DNA from: an uncultured Aliarcobacter sp.
Lineage (GTDB): Bacteria; Campylobacterota; Campylobacteria; Campylobacterales; Arcobacteraceae
NCBI GenBank assembly: GCA_963677435.1
Contig: OY781945.1
Location: 1,440,001 to 1,504,000, forward strand
DNA length: 64,000 nt
Direction of reading: 5' to 3'
The translations under genes and the position numbers were made by a program. Positions within the stretch are counted from its first letter, which is position 1, and each line of letters begins with the position of its first letter. The notes under the pieces are model-generated. The model was not told the DNA's origin. It saw only the letters and a program-made list of their open reading frames with translations, and searched no databases. Below, one piece after another: positions 1 to 10,046 of this stretch.

Positions 1-837
1 ACAAAAGCAATAATTGTTGTCTCTTTATATGGAAATTCTCCTGATATGACAAAAATAGTTGAGATTGCAAAGAAATATAATTTATATGTAATTGAAGATA
101 ACGCTCAATCTTTTTTATCATTTCATAAAAATAAATTAATAGGAACTTTTGGAGATTGTTCAAGTTTTAGTTTTCAAAGTTCTAAGCATTTAGCAGCTGG
201 CGAAGGTGGAATAATAACGACAGATGATGAAAAACTTGCTATTGGAATAAGAAAAGTTTCAGGACTTGGGTATTCAACTATTGGTTCAAAAAAAGCTAAA
301 ATTACAAAAGAGGAGATTCAACATCCTTCTTTTTTAAGACATGACTTTTTAGGATGGAATTATAGATTGAGTGAGTTAAACTGTGCAGTAGCTCTTGCTC
401 AAACAGAAAGAATAGTAGAATTAGTAAATATACGAAAAAGAAATGCAAAAATATATCTTGAAGCTATTAATAATTGTACTTGGTTAAGACCTCAAAAAGT
501 TATGGAAGGTGATGAGTCATCATATTGGGCATTCACTATGAAATTAGATATTGAAAAAGTTTCTTGGGAAGATTTTAGAAAAAAATACTTAGATTTTGGT
601 GGTAGTAAATATTATGGAGCTTGGCAATTAACATATTTAGAGCCACTATTTCAAGAGAAACTTTTTGGTAGAAGGAAAGAATTTATTCAAAGAGAATATA
701 ACAAAGGTATTTGTCCAAATGCAGAGTATTTGCAACCACGATTGATACAATTAAAAACAAACTTTATAGATGAAAAAGATACTATTAATGAAGCAGAAAT
801 TTTAACTAAAACAATAAAGTATTTTGAGGGAAGATAA
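1..837 (+). CDS. DegT/DnrJ/EryC1/StrS sugar aminotransferase (5' end lies before the window)
   Basis: Frame is open from base 1 (TKAIIVVSLYG). Motifs IEDNAQS, SFSFQSSKHLAAGEGG (PLP lysine) and GWNYRLSE. Confidence 0.9.
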   Translation, partial: TKAIIVVSLYGNSPDMTKIVEIAKKYNLYVIEDNAQSFLSFHKNKLIGTFGDCSSFSFQSSKHLAAGEGGIITTDDEKLAIGIRKVSGLGYSTIGSKKAKITKEEIQHPSFLRHDFLGWNYRLSELNCAVALAQTERIVELVNIRKRNAKIYLEAINNCTWLRPQKVMEGDESSYWAFTMKLDIEKVSWEDFRKKYLDFGGSKYYGAWQLTYLEPLFQEKLFGRRKEFIQREYNKGICPNAEYLQPRLIQLKTNFIDEKDTINEAEILTKTIKYFEGR

Positions 838-838
838 G

Positions 839-1894
839 ATGCAGAATATATTAATAAACAACAAAACTATAGGTATTGGTTCTCCTACTTTAATAATTGC
901 AGAAGTTGGTGTTAATCATAATGGAAGTGTGGATAGAGGAATTGAACTTATTGAAGCAGCTGCAAAAGCTGGTGCAGATGTTATAAAATTTCAAACTTAT
1001 AAAGCTAATCAAATTGTAACAAAAAGTGCTCCTAGATATTGGGATGATAAGCTTAATGATGATAATGGTGGAACTCAATATGATACTTTTTCTAAATTAG
1101 ATGGTATGGGAATTGATGGATATAAAGCATTTAAAAAGAGATGTCAAGAGTTAAATGTAATATTTACTTCCACTCCATTTAATTTACCAGATGTTGATTT
1201 ATTAGAAGAAATAGGAGTTGATCTTTATAAAATATCATCATCAGATATTACTTATATTCAACTTATAAAATATGTTGCATCAAAAGGAAAGCCAATTATA
1301 TTATCAACAGGATGTGCTTCAATTGGTGAGATTGAAAAAGCAGTTGGCATAATCCAAAAAGAGGGAAATAATAAAATTATGTTACAACATTGTATTTTGC
1401 AATACCCTTGTGATGATGAAAATGCAAATTTAGTGAAAATGCAAAAAATACAAGAAATTTTCCCTAATATCCCCGTAGGATATTCTGATCATACTATCGG
1501 AATTACAATACCTGCAATGTCAGTTGCAATGGGAGCTTTTAGTGTAGAAAAACATTTTACTATTGATAATAAATTACCAGATAGTCCAGATCATAAACTT
1601 TCAGCAAATCCATCTCAATTGGAAGATATGGTTAATATGATAAGAACAATTGAAAAAGCAAAGGGTTACTTTCACAACGGATATTATCCAGCAGAAGAAG
1701 CATCATTTCTTAATGCAAGAAAATCTTTAGTATCTAATTGTAATATAAAAAAAGGAACGGTTATTTCAGAAAATATGTTAACAGCAAAAAGACCTGGTAT
1801 TGGTATTTATCCCGAGTATTTAGATTTTGTTATTGGGAGTACAGCAAAAGTTGATATAAATGAGGATACTACAATTTTAAAAGAAATGATTTAA
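839..1894 (+). CDS. neuB: N-acetylneuraminate/nonulosonic acid synthase family (NeuB/LegI/PseI-like) with C-terminal SAF domain
   Basis: IIAEVGVNHNG, IKFQTY, GYSDHT, EKHFT, KRPGIGI. ATG at 839, just after the upstream stop, is preferred over 824. Confidence 0.9.
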   Translation: MQNILINNKTIGIGSPTLIIAEVGVNHNGSVDRGIELIEAAAKAGADVIKFQTYKANQIVTKSAPRYWDDKLNDDNGGTQYDTFSKLDGMGIDGYKAFKKRCQELNVIFTSTPFNLPDVDLLEEIGVDLYKISSSDITYIQLIKYVASKGKPIILSTGCASIGEIEKAVGIIQKEGNNKIMLQHCILQYPCDDENANLVKMQKIQEIFPNIPVGYSDHTIGITIPAMSVAMGAFSVEKHFTIDNKLPDSPDHKLSANPSQLEDMVNMIRTIEKAKGYFHNGYYPAEEASFLNARKSLVSNCNIKKGTVISENMLTAKRPGIGIYPEYLDFVIGSTAKVDINEDTTILKEMI

Positions 1895-2820
1895 TGAATA
1901 TCTTAGTTAAATTGGAAGTTTCAAAACAAATAGGTACAGGACATTTTAGACGAATGTTTAATTTGGCACTTTTTTTAAAAGAGTTTAACTTTATTTTTTT
2001 AATTTCTACAGATGATAAAAAAAATAAACTATTTCAAAATATAAATGTTATATTTATAGAGGATGAAACTCATTTTAGAAGTACTTTATTGAAACTAGAA
2101 TTCAATTTATTAATTTTTGATTTATTACATTATGAAAAAGATTATATTAAGTCTATAAAATCATTAAGGGCAATGCCAATTGTATGTTTTCATGAGTATA
2201 ACGATTATTCAGATTATGCTGATTTAATAATAAATTACAATGTATTAGATAAAACTATTACTGATAAATTATTTGGGTATGAATATATTATTTTTTCTGA
2301 TAATATTGAAAAATACAAATCAATTAAGAAAGAAAATTATATCTTTGTAAGTTTTGGAGGTTCTGATCCATCTGGACTAACTCAGAAATTTGTTTCTTTG
2401 ATTGCTTCAAAAATGTCTCATTTAAAATTTAAGATACATATTGGAGATTTTAATGATTTACTTTGTCTCAAAGCTTTTAATAATATTGAATATATTATTA
2501 AACCAGAAAATCTATTTGAGTATATGTCAAAAGCAAATTTAGCAATAAGTGCAGCTGGAAATATGATGTATGAATTGATATATATGTCAGTACCATCAAT
2601 AATAATTGCACATAATGAACATCAAATGTCATTTGCCAAAAATGCTAAATTATTAGGTTATGTTGAGTTCTTGGGCTTATTTAAAGATTTAAATTTTGAT
2701 TTATTAAAGCAAAAAATTGACAGTTTTTATAATTTAAAAGAAATAAAATTTAAAGATACTATAGATAATAATGGGAAAAAAAGAATTTGTAAAGTTCTTA
2801 TGGATCTAATCAATAAATGA
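1894..2820 (+). CDS. PseG/SpsG-like nucleotide-sugar hydrolase (GT-B fold)
   Basis: IGTGHFRR, SFGGSD, ISAAG and NEHQ motifs. Overlaps the upstream stop (TAATG). Confidence 0.75.
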   Translation: MNILVKLEVSKQIGTGHFRRMFNLALFLKEFNFIFLISTDDKKNKLFQNINVIFIEDETHFRSTLLKLEFNLLIFDLLHYEKDYIKSIKSLRAMPIVCFHEYNDYSDYADLIINYNVLDKTITDKLFGYEYIIFSDNIEKYKSIKKENYIFVSFGGSDPSGLTQKFVSLIASKMSHLKFKIHIGDFNDLLCLKAFNNIEYIIKPENLFEYMSKANLAISAAGNMMYELIYMSVPSIIIAHNEHQMSFAKNAKLLGYVEFLGLFKDLNFDLLKQKIDSFYNLKEIKFKDTIDNNGKKRICKVLMDLINK

Positions 2821-3668
2821 AAAAAATATTAATAACAGGTTCTTCTGGTTTTATAGGTAAAAATTTTATTGACAAGTACAAAAATAAATATGAAATTATA
2901 TCAATAACTAGAGACTCAAACTATAATATTTTAGATATTGATACATTTTTAGATATATCTGATATTGATGTAGTTCTTCACTTTGCTGCTAAAACTTATG
3001 TCCCAGAATCTTTTGAAGATCCATACTCTTTTTATAAATTTAATATTAATTCTACTTTAAATATTTGTGAATTCTGTAGAATTAAAAAAGTAAAGAAATT
3101 GATCTTTTTAAATAGTTATCCTTATGGAAAACCAAAGTATTTGCCAATCGATGAAGAGCATCCTATATCATTGCACTCACCTTATAATAAGAGTAAATAT
3201 TTATCAGAAGAGCTTATCTTTAATTATCTAAATAATTCTTTGGATGTTATTTCTTTGAGAATTTTTAATATTTATGGTAAAAATCAAAACAATAAGTTTC
3301 TAATTCCTTTTATTTTTGAACAAATAAAAGATGGGATAATAAAAGTTAATGATTTAGAACCTAAACGAGATTATTTATATATTGAAGATCTATTAAGTTT
3401 AATGGATAATATTATTAATCAACAAATAAAAGGTATTTTTAATGTGGGTAGTGGAGAAAGTTATAATGTATTAGAAGTAATTAATTGTATATCTGATGTT
3501 TTGGGAAAAGAATTTAAAATTATTTCAAATAATAATAGAAGAGAAAATGAAATAATGGATTGTGTTGCAAATATAGAAAAAGTTAAAAGAATATTAAATT
3601 GGAGCCCTCTATTCTCTTTAAAAAAAGGTTTAATTGATTATATAAAAAAGGAAAAAATTGATGTTTGA
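2817..3668 (+). CDS. NAD-dependent epimerase/dehydratase
   Basis: ITGSSGFIG, YNKSK (YxxxK), RIFNIYG, RDYLYIED. Confidence 0.9.
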   Translation: MKKILITGSSGFIGKNFIDKYKNKYEIISITRDSNYNILDIDTFLDISDIDVVLHFAAKTYVPESFEDPYSFYKFNINSTLNICEFCRIKKVKKLIFLNSYPYGKPKYLPIDEEHPISLHSPYNKSKYLSEELIFNYLNNSLDVISLRIFNIYGKNQNNKFLIPFIFEQIKDGIIKVNDLEPKRDYLYIEDLLSLMDNIINQQIKGIFNVGSGESYNVLEVINCISDVLGKEFKIISNNNRRENEIMDCVANIEKVKRILNWSPLFSLKKGLIDYIKKEKIDV

Positions 3669-4398
3669 TTACACAAATAAAGTTGGAATTATAACTGGTG
3701 GGGTAGGCCGTTTAGGAAAAACATTCGCACAAGCATTATCAAAAAAAGGAAATAAAGTATATCTTTTTGATATAGCAGATTCATGTGATTTTCAAAATGA
3801 AAATATTATTTATAGAAAAATTGATATATCAAATGAAACAGAAGTTTTTAAAGAGATAGATATAATTAGTAAAGAAAATAAAATCGATTTTTTAGTTAAT
3901 AATGCTGCTTTACAAATAACAAATAGTTTTGAAAAAATGAAAATAGAAGATTTTAGAAAAAGTATTGATATAAATTTAACTGCAGCATATATTTGTATTA
4001 AGGCTGTTTCTAAATATATGATTGAAAATAAAGAGGGTAATATAGTTAATATAGGTTCTATGTATGGTATTGTATCAGCAGATCCAAATATATATGGCAA
4101 TAGTGGATTAAATAGCCCTGATGCATATGCTGCAAGTAAAGCTGGATTGATACATTTAACAAAATATTTAGCTGTTAATCTTACAAAGTATAATATTCGA
4201 GTAAACTCAATTTCTCCAGCTGGAGTTTTTAACAATCAACCAAGTGATTTTATGGAAAAGTATTTACCAAAAGTGCCAATGGGTAGAATGATGGATAAAG
4301 AAGAATTAATTGGACCTTTGCTATTTTTACTCTCTTCTGCTTCATCTTATGTAACTGGACATAATTTAGTTGTTGATGGAGGACTAACAATAATATGA
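3661..4398 (+). CDS. SDR oxidoreductase (PtmA-like)
   Basis: TGGVGRLG, NNAA, GSMYG, YAASK, VTGHNLVVDGG. Confidence 0.85.
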   Translation: MFDYTNKVGIITGGVGRLGKTFAQALSKKGNKVYLFDIADSCDFQNENIIYRKIDISNETEVFKEIDIISKENKIDFLVNNAALQITNSFEKMKIEDFRKSIDINLTAAYICIKAVSKYMIENKEGNIVNIGSMYGIVSADPNIYGNSGLNSPDAYAASKAGLIHLTKYLAVNLTKYNIRVNSISPAGVFNNQPSDFMEKYLPKVPMGRMMDKEELIGPLLFLLSSASSYVTGHNLVVDGGLTII

Positions 4399-5411
4399 TA
4401 TATAATATTTCCAATAATAATATTTCAATTAAAAAAGTTTTAGAGTTATTAGAATTTCATAAAATTATATTTTTTATAGATAATGATGAAATTTTAATTG
4501 GTGCAATAACAAATGGTGATGTAAGAAGATCTATTGAAAAAAACATTGATATACATAGTTTGGTTGATAAGATCATAAATAAAGATATAATTTATGCATA
4601 TACTGATGAATCATTAGAAGAAAAAATTAAAAAAATTGATTTACTTCCCTTTGATTATCAGTTTTTACCAATAATTAATAAAAATAGAAAATTAGAAAAA
4701 ATTGTTATAAAAAAAGATTTACTTAGAAAAGTTAATAGAATTATTTTAATGGCAGGAGGATTAGGTAGTAGATTAGGAGAGATAACTAAAAATGTACCAA
4801 AACCTATGTTACATATTGGGAATAAACCAATTTTACAAATTATTATAGAGGGTTTTCAAAAATATCAATTTAATGATTTTCTTATATCTGTAAACTACAA
4901 GTCTGAAATGATAAAAAATTATTTTAGAAATGGAGAAAACTTTGATGCTAATATTAAATATATTAATGAGTCTAAGCGTTTAGGTACAGCTGGCTGTTTA
5001 AGCCTAATTGATGATGACTTAAAAGAACCTTTTTTTGTTATGAATGGAGATATTTTAACAGATGAAAATTTTGAACAAATTTTAGATTATCATATAAAAA
5101 ATAAATTTGAAGCAACTATGTGTGTATATAAATATGAAATGAAAATTCCTTATGGTGTAATATTGTCTGATAAAAATAATAAGATATTATCAATAAAAGA
5201 AAAACCAATTCAAAAATTTAACATAAATGCTGGAATATATGTTTTAAATCACTCTGTTTTAGAATATATTCCTAAAAATAGCTTCTTCGATATGCCAACA
5301 TTATTTAAAAAACTTAATGAATTAAATTTTAATACAGGCATATATAATATAAAGACATCATGGCTAGATATAGGTGAACCAAATGACTATTATTTGGCTA
5401 AAAATAAATGA
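4395..5411 (+). CDS. CBS-domain nucleotidyltransferase (PtmE/LegX-like)
   Basis: N-terminal CBS-like segment (GAITNGDVRR), then MAGGLGSRL, PKPML, LGTAG, NGDIL, WLDIG. Confidence 0.85.
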   Translation: MIYNISNNNISIKKVLELLEFHKIIFFIDNDEILIGAITNGDVRRSIEKNIDIHSLVDKIINKDIIYAYTDESLEEKIKKIDLLPFDYQFLPIINKNRKLEKIVIKKDLLRKVNRIILMAGGLGSRLGEITKNVPKPMLHIGNKPILQIIIEGFQKYQFNDFLISVNYKSEMIKNYFRNGENFDANIKYINESKRLGTAGCLSLIDDDLKEPFFVMNGDILTDENFEQILDYHIKNKFEATMCVYKYEMKIPYGVILSDKNNKILSIKEKPIQKFNINAGIYVLNHSVLEYIPKNSFFDMPTLFKKLNELNFNTGIYNIKTSWLDIGEPNDYYLAKNK

Positions 5412-5451
5412 AAGATTTTCTTTTATTGTTAATAATAAAAATATGATATAA

Positions 5452-6921
5452 ATGAAAAAAGAATTTTTCAAAAATAATATGTTTGTTTTCGCTTCTCACA
5501 TATTGACATATTTAAAAGGCATAATTTTAATGCCAATAATAATTAAGAATTTGGGTATTTCAACATATGGAAGTTTTGTTTTAATTTTAACTACATTGTC
5601 AATAATAGGAGGTATCTCTAGTTTAGGTATTGGAGTGAAATCTTTTCGATTTTTACCATCTTGTAGAGATAGTAATGAAAAAGCAAAGAAATTTTTTCCT
5701 CCTTTTTTCTTTAAATTCTTAATGTTAACATTAATTTCATTTTTCACATTTATATTACAAGATAAAATAAAAAAAGTTTTTTTAGATTCAGGAATAAATT
5801 TTTCGTTCTATATTTTACCTTTTTTTTTAATATCATATTTTATATATGAATATTCTCATAATTATTTGAGATATACATTAAGAATTTTTTATATGAGTAT
5901 TTTAGATTTAGCTTATTCATATTTATATATTTTGATTATTATTATTTACATAAAGAATTATACTTTAGATTTAAATAGTTTATTTATAATTCAATCAATT
6001 GTCGCATTAGTAATTTCAATCCCAATTTTGTACTTGATTTATCAAGAGATAAAATTTAAATTTATCTTTTTCAAACTTTCTGAATTAAGAAATGAAATTA
6101 AAATAGGTTTCCCTGTAGTATTAAATCTAATATTTGATTATATTTTATCAGTATCAGATAAATTTGTGTTAGCATATTTTATCAGTACAAATGCTGTTGG
6201 AATATATACTCCAGCTTATACTTTAGGTTCTTTAATTCTTCTTGTTCCAAAAGCAATGGGTACAATATTACCTCAATTAATATCGAAAAAAATTGATGAA
6301 AAAGATTTTATAAGCGCGAAAGAATTATTTATTAGTTCTATTAAAACATTTATAACTTTAGTAATTCCTTTCATTTTTGGAGTTTATTTAGTAAGTTATG
6401 AGATATTGTTTCTTCTAGCAAATGATGAAGTGGCAAGAATGGGAAAATATATTTCTTTGATAATTGCTTTTGGCAGTTTTTTTTATGGTTTAAATATATT
6501 ATTTTCACAAGTTCTTACTGTTGAATTAAAAACAGCAAGAATCTTTAAAGCAAATTTAATTGCTGGAGTTTTTAATTTGATTTCAAACATTTTATTGTTG
6601 TATTTTATACAGGATATTATTATTGCAGCAATAACTACCTGCGTATCCTTTTTTATTGCAACAATATATCTTTATAAATCTATTGATAAGATATGGTTTG
6701 ATAGAATGCTTATATATTTTACAATAAAAATATTTATAATATCAAGTTTAATGTTTATTTCTAACTATTTTTTATTTGTAATTTTTCAATTTAATTCTAT
6801 ATTATTAAATCTTTTAATGAAAATTTTATTATCAATCATATTGTATATAATTTTATTATTTGTTTTTAAAGTTTATAATATAATAGAGGTAAAACAACTT
6901 TTTACAAGAAGGGTAATATGA
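5452..6921 (+). CDS. wzx: Wzx-type oligosaccharide flippase
   Basis: 489 aa, many hydrophobic segments, DKFVLAYF...VGIYTPAY motif, polysaccharide locus context. Confidence 0.8.
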   Translation: MKKEFFKNNMFVFASHILTYLKGIILMPIIIKNLGISTYGSFVLILTTLSIIGGISSLGIGVKSFRFLPSCRDSNEKAKKFFPPFFFKFLMLTLISFFTFILQDKIKKVFLDSGINFSFYILPFFLISYFIYEYSHNYLRYTLRIFYMSILDLAYSYLYILIIIIYIKNYTLDLNSLFIIQSIVALVISIPILYLIYQEIKFKFIFFKLSELRNEIKIGFPVVLNLIFDYILSVSDKFVLAYFISTNAVGIYTPAYTLGSLILLVPKAMGTILPQLISKKIDEKDFISAKELFISSIKTFITLVIPFIFGVYLVSYEILFLLANDEVARMGKYISLIIAFGSFFYGLNILFSQVLTVELKTARIFKANLIAGVFNLISNILLLYFIQDIIIAAITTCVSFFIATIYLYKSIDKIWFDRMLIYFTIKIFIISSLMFISNYFLFVIFQFNSILLNLLMKILLSIILYIILLFVFKVYNIIEVKQLFTRRVI

Positions 6922-7748
6922 AGAATATCTTAAATTTAATGTTAGTTGGATCATATGAATTAGCAAAAAAAAGATTAAGAAAAATAAGAGATGAAAGTTC
7001 TTATAAGTTATATCCTAATAATCCAAAACATGATGATATCTACTTAGTTGAGTTTCCTAAATCTGGTGTGACATGGTTATCAACATTAATTGCTAATATC
7101 AATTTACTCGAATCTGATGAAAAAGTACAAGCTACTTTTTACAATTTACATCAATATATTCCTGATATTCATAAATCAAAAGATTTAAATGATAAACCTT
7201 TATGGAATTTTCCTAAATATAGGTTTATAAAAAGTCATGATAATTATAATAAAAATTATAATTTTGTAATATATTTAATTAGAGATCCGTTTAAGGTTAT
7301 GAATAGTTATTATGTTTTTTGTAAACAGTTAGGATGGTATGATAAAACATTTAAAGAATTTGTAGAAGATCCTGTTTTTGGTATTAAATCTTGGGTTCAT
7401 CATACTAATAGTTGGCTAGATAGAAAAGTTTCTGCGCAAAGAATCCATTTTTTAAAATATGAGGATTTAATTGATAATCCTTTTTTAACAATAAATAATT
7501 TGTATGAAAATTTAGGATTATTAGTTGATAATAAAAATATTAATAAAGCTATTTCTTTAAGTAATATAGAGAATATGAAAAAAACTGAAAAGTTCTATAA
7601 TGCAAATAATCCAGCAAGTACAGAGTTTGAATTTGTGGATAAAAGTAAAAGCTTTTTTGAAAAAAACATGAATGAAAATATAAAAAGTTATATTTATGAT
7701 AATGTTAAAAACAGTAAAATATACAATAAATATTATGAAAAATTATAA
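6918..7748 (+). CDS. Sulfotransferase (Sulfotransfer_1-like)
   Basis: PKSGVTW 5'-PSB loop, IKSH, IRDP...S 3'-PB motif, KYEDL. Confidence 0.85.
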   Translation: MKNILNLMLVGSYELAKKRLRKIRDESSYKLYPNNPKHDDIYLVEFPKSGVTWLSTLIANINLLESDEKVQATFYNLHQYIPDIHKSKDLNDKPLWNFPKYRFIKSHDNYNKNYNFVIYLIRDPFKVMNSYYVFCKQLGWYDKTFKEFVEDPVFGIKSWVHHTNSWLDRKVSAQRIHFLKYEDLIDNPFLTINNLYENLGLLVDNKNINKAISLSNIENMKKTEKFYNANNPASTEFEFVDKSKSFFEKNMNENIKSYIYDNVKNSKIYNKYYEKL

Positions 7749-8179
7749 TGATTGAAAATGTAATATGTAATGGTAAATTATTATCATTAATAATTAGATC
7801 TAACTATAGTTCAAAAGGAATAGAATTCTTTACACCAGATGATTTTTCGCAACAATTAGCATATATGAATCGTTCAAAAAATTATGTGATACCTCCTCAT
7901 GTTCATAATGCTGTTCAAAGAAATGTTCACTATACACAAGAAGTACTTATCATAAAAAGTGGAAAAGTTAGAGTCGACTACTATGATGATGATAAAAGTT
8001 ATTTAGAAAGTAGGATATTAAATAAAGGAGATGTGATACTTTTAGCATATGGTGGACATGGGTTTGAAATGTTAGAAGATAGCGAAATTATTGAAGTTAA
8101 ACAAGGACCATACTCTGGAGAAATGGATAAGGTAAGATTTGAACCTGTAAATAAAGATATTTTGGAGATAAAAGAATGA
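7748..8179 (+). CDS. Cupin-fold protein associated with sugar biosynthesis
   Basis: PPHVH...QEVL...GGHGF...EVKQGPY cupin metal-ligand pattern. Confidence 0.65.
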   Translation: MIENVICNGKLLSLIIRSNYSSKGIEFFTPDDFSQQLAYMNRSKNYVIPPHVHNAVQRNVHYTQEVLIIKSGKVRVDYYDDDKSYLESRILNKGDVILLAYGGHGFEMLEDSEIIEVKQGPYSGEMDKVRFEPVNKDILEIKE

Positions 8180-9291
8180 TTCCTGTAAATGAACCACTAT
8201 TAAATGGTAATGAAAAAAAATATCTTAATGAATGTATTGATACAGGATGGATAAGTTCAGAGGGACCTTTTATCAAAAGATTTGAAGAAGGTATGGCAAA
8301 TTATGTTAATCGAAAATATGCAGTTGCTGTTACAAATGGTACGGCAGCTCTTGAAATAGCAGTAAAAGTTTTAAATATTGGGAAAAATGATGAAGTGATT
8401 ATGCCAAGCTTTACAATAATTTCTTGTGGACAAGCTGTTGTAAAAGCAGGAGCAAAACCAGTTTTAATTGATAGTGAATATGATAGTTTTAATATGAAAG
8501 TAGAAGATATTGAATCTAAAATTAATTCAAATACCAAAGCTATAATGGTTGTACATATTTATGGACTTCCTGTCGATATGAATCCTATTTTAAAACTTGC
8601 TAAGAAGTATAATCTTAAAATTATTGAAGATGCAGCTGAAATGCATGGTCAAACTTATAATAGTGAAATGTGTGGAAGTTTTGGGGATATAAGTATTTTT
8701 AGCTTTTATCCCAACAAGCATATTACAACAGGAGAGGGTGGTATGATTCTTATGGATGATGAGAAAATATATGAAAAATGCAAGTCTCTTAGAAATCTTT
8801 GCTTCTCTACAGATGAAAATAAAAGATTTATACATGAAGAACTCGGATGGAACCTTAGAATGACCAATATTCAAGCAGCACTTGGTGTAGCTCAACTTGA
8901 AAGGATAAATGAATTTATAATTAAAAAAAGATGGATAGGTAAGATGTATCAAGAGCTTCTAAGTGATATAAAGGCTATAAATCTTCCTATTAAAGCCAAA
9001 CCATTTGCAGAAAATATTTATTGGGTATTTGGTGTAACTATTCAAGATGAATATCCAAAAAATATAAAAAATATTATGGAAGAATTAAAAGCTAAAGGAA
9101 TAGGCACAAGACCATTCTTTTATCCAATGCATAAACAACCAGTCTTTAATAAAATGGGATTATTCTTAGAAGAAACATATTCAAATGCAATGAAGCTTTA
9201 TGAAAGAGGATTTTATATTCCAAGTGGTATGACACTTACTGAAGAACAAATAAAAGAAGTATCAACTATTATGCATGAAGTATTAGTATGA
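8176..9291 (+). CDS. DegT-family aminotransferase, perosamine synthase-like
   Basis: GWISSEG, NGTAAL, IEDAAEMHG, FSFYPNKHITTGEGGM, NLRMTNIQAA. Confidence 0.9.
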   Translation: MIPVNEPLLNGNEKKYLNECIDTGWISSEGPFIKRFEEGMANYVNRKYAVAVTNGTAALEIAVKVLNIGKNDEVIMPSFTIISCGQAVVKAGAKPVLIDSEYDSFNMKVEDIESKINSNTKAIMVVHIYGLPVDMNPILKLAKKYNLKIIEDAAEMHGQTYNSEMCGSFGDISIFSFYPNKHITTGEGGMILMDDEKIYEKCKSLRNLCFSTDENKRFIHEELGWNLRMTNIQAALGVAQLERINEFIIKKRWIGKMYQELLSDIKAINLPIKAKPFAENIYWVFGVTIQDEYPKNIKNIMEELKAKGIGTRPFFYPMHKQPVFNKMGLFLEETYSNAMKLYERGFYIPSGMTLTEEQIKEVSTIMHEVLV

Positions 9292-10046
9292 ATCAATTTG
9301 GGGATTTATATTCGCAGTATTATGATTTATTATATTGTGACAAAGATTATAATAGTGAAGTTAAATATATAGATAGTCTAATAAAAGAAAATGCTAAAAA
9401 TGCTAAAAAAATATTAGATATGGGTTGTGGTACAGGAAAGCATGCAGAATTACTTTGTAATAAAGATTATACTGTTCATGGGATTGACTTGAGTGAAGAT
9501 ATGCTAAAAATTGCAAAAGATAGAAGGAAAGGAAAAGAAAAACAATTGTCTTTTAGTCATTCCAATATTCAAAATTTATCTTTAGATAAAAAGTTTGATG
9601 TTGTAATTTCTCTTTTTCATGTAATGAGTTACCAAAATTCAAATGAAGAATTGATAAAAGCTTTTGAAACAGTAAAAAAACATTTAAAGGATGGAGGTCT
9701 TTTCATTTTTGATTTTTGGTATGGGCCAGCAGTATTAAGAGATTTACCTACAACAAGAATAAAAAGATTTGAAAATGAGAATTTAAAAGTTACTAGAATT
9801 GCAGAACCTTTATTACACTCGCAAGAGAATATTGTGGATGTAAATTATGATATTTTTATAGAAGACAAGAATACAAATAATGTATTAAGAAAAAAAGAAC
9901 TTCATAAAATGAGATACTTCTTTGATACAGAGTTAGAGCTGATTTGTAATAAAGTAGGTTTTAAAATAGAAAATAAATATGAGTGGATGAGTAAAAAAAC
10001 ACCAGATTTTAATAGTTGGAATGTTGTGTGGATAATAAAATTTTAA
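9288..10046 (+). CDS. Class I SAM-dependent methyltransferase
   Basis: ILDMGCGTG, GIDLS, FDVVISLF. Confidence 0.88.
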   Translation: MNQFGDLYSQYYDLLYCDKDYNSEVKYIDSLIKENAKNAKKILDMGCGTGKHAELLCNKDYTVHGIDLSEDMLKIAKDRRKGKEKQLSFSHSNIQNLSLDKKFDVVISLFHVMSYQNSNEELIKAFETVKKHLKDGGLFIFDFWYGPAVLRDLPTTRIKRFENENLKVTRIAEPLLHSQENIVDVNYDIFIEDKNTNNVLRKKELHKMRYFFDTELELICNKVGFKIENKYEWMSKKTPDFNSWNVVWIIKF

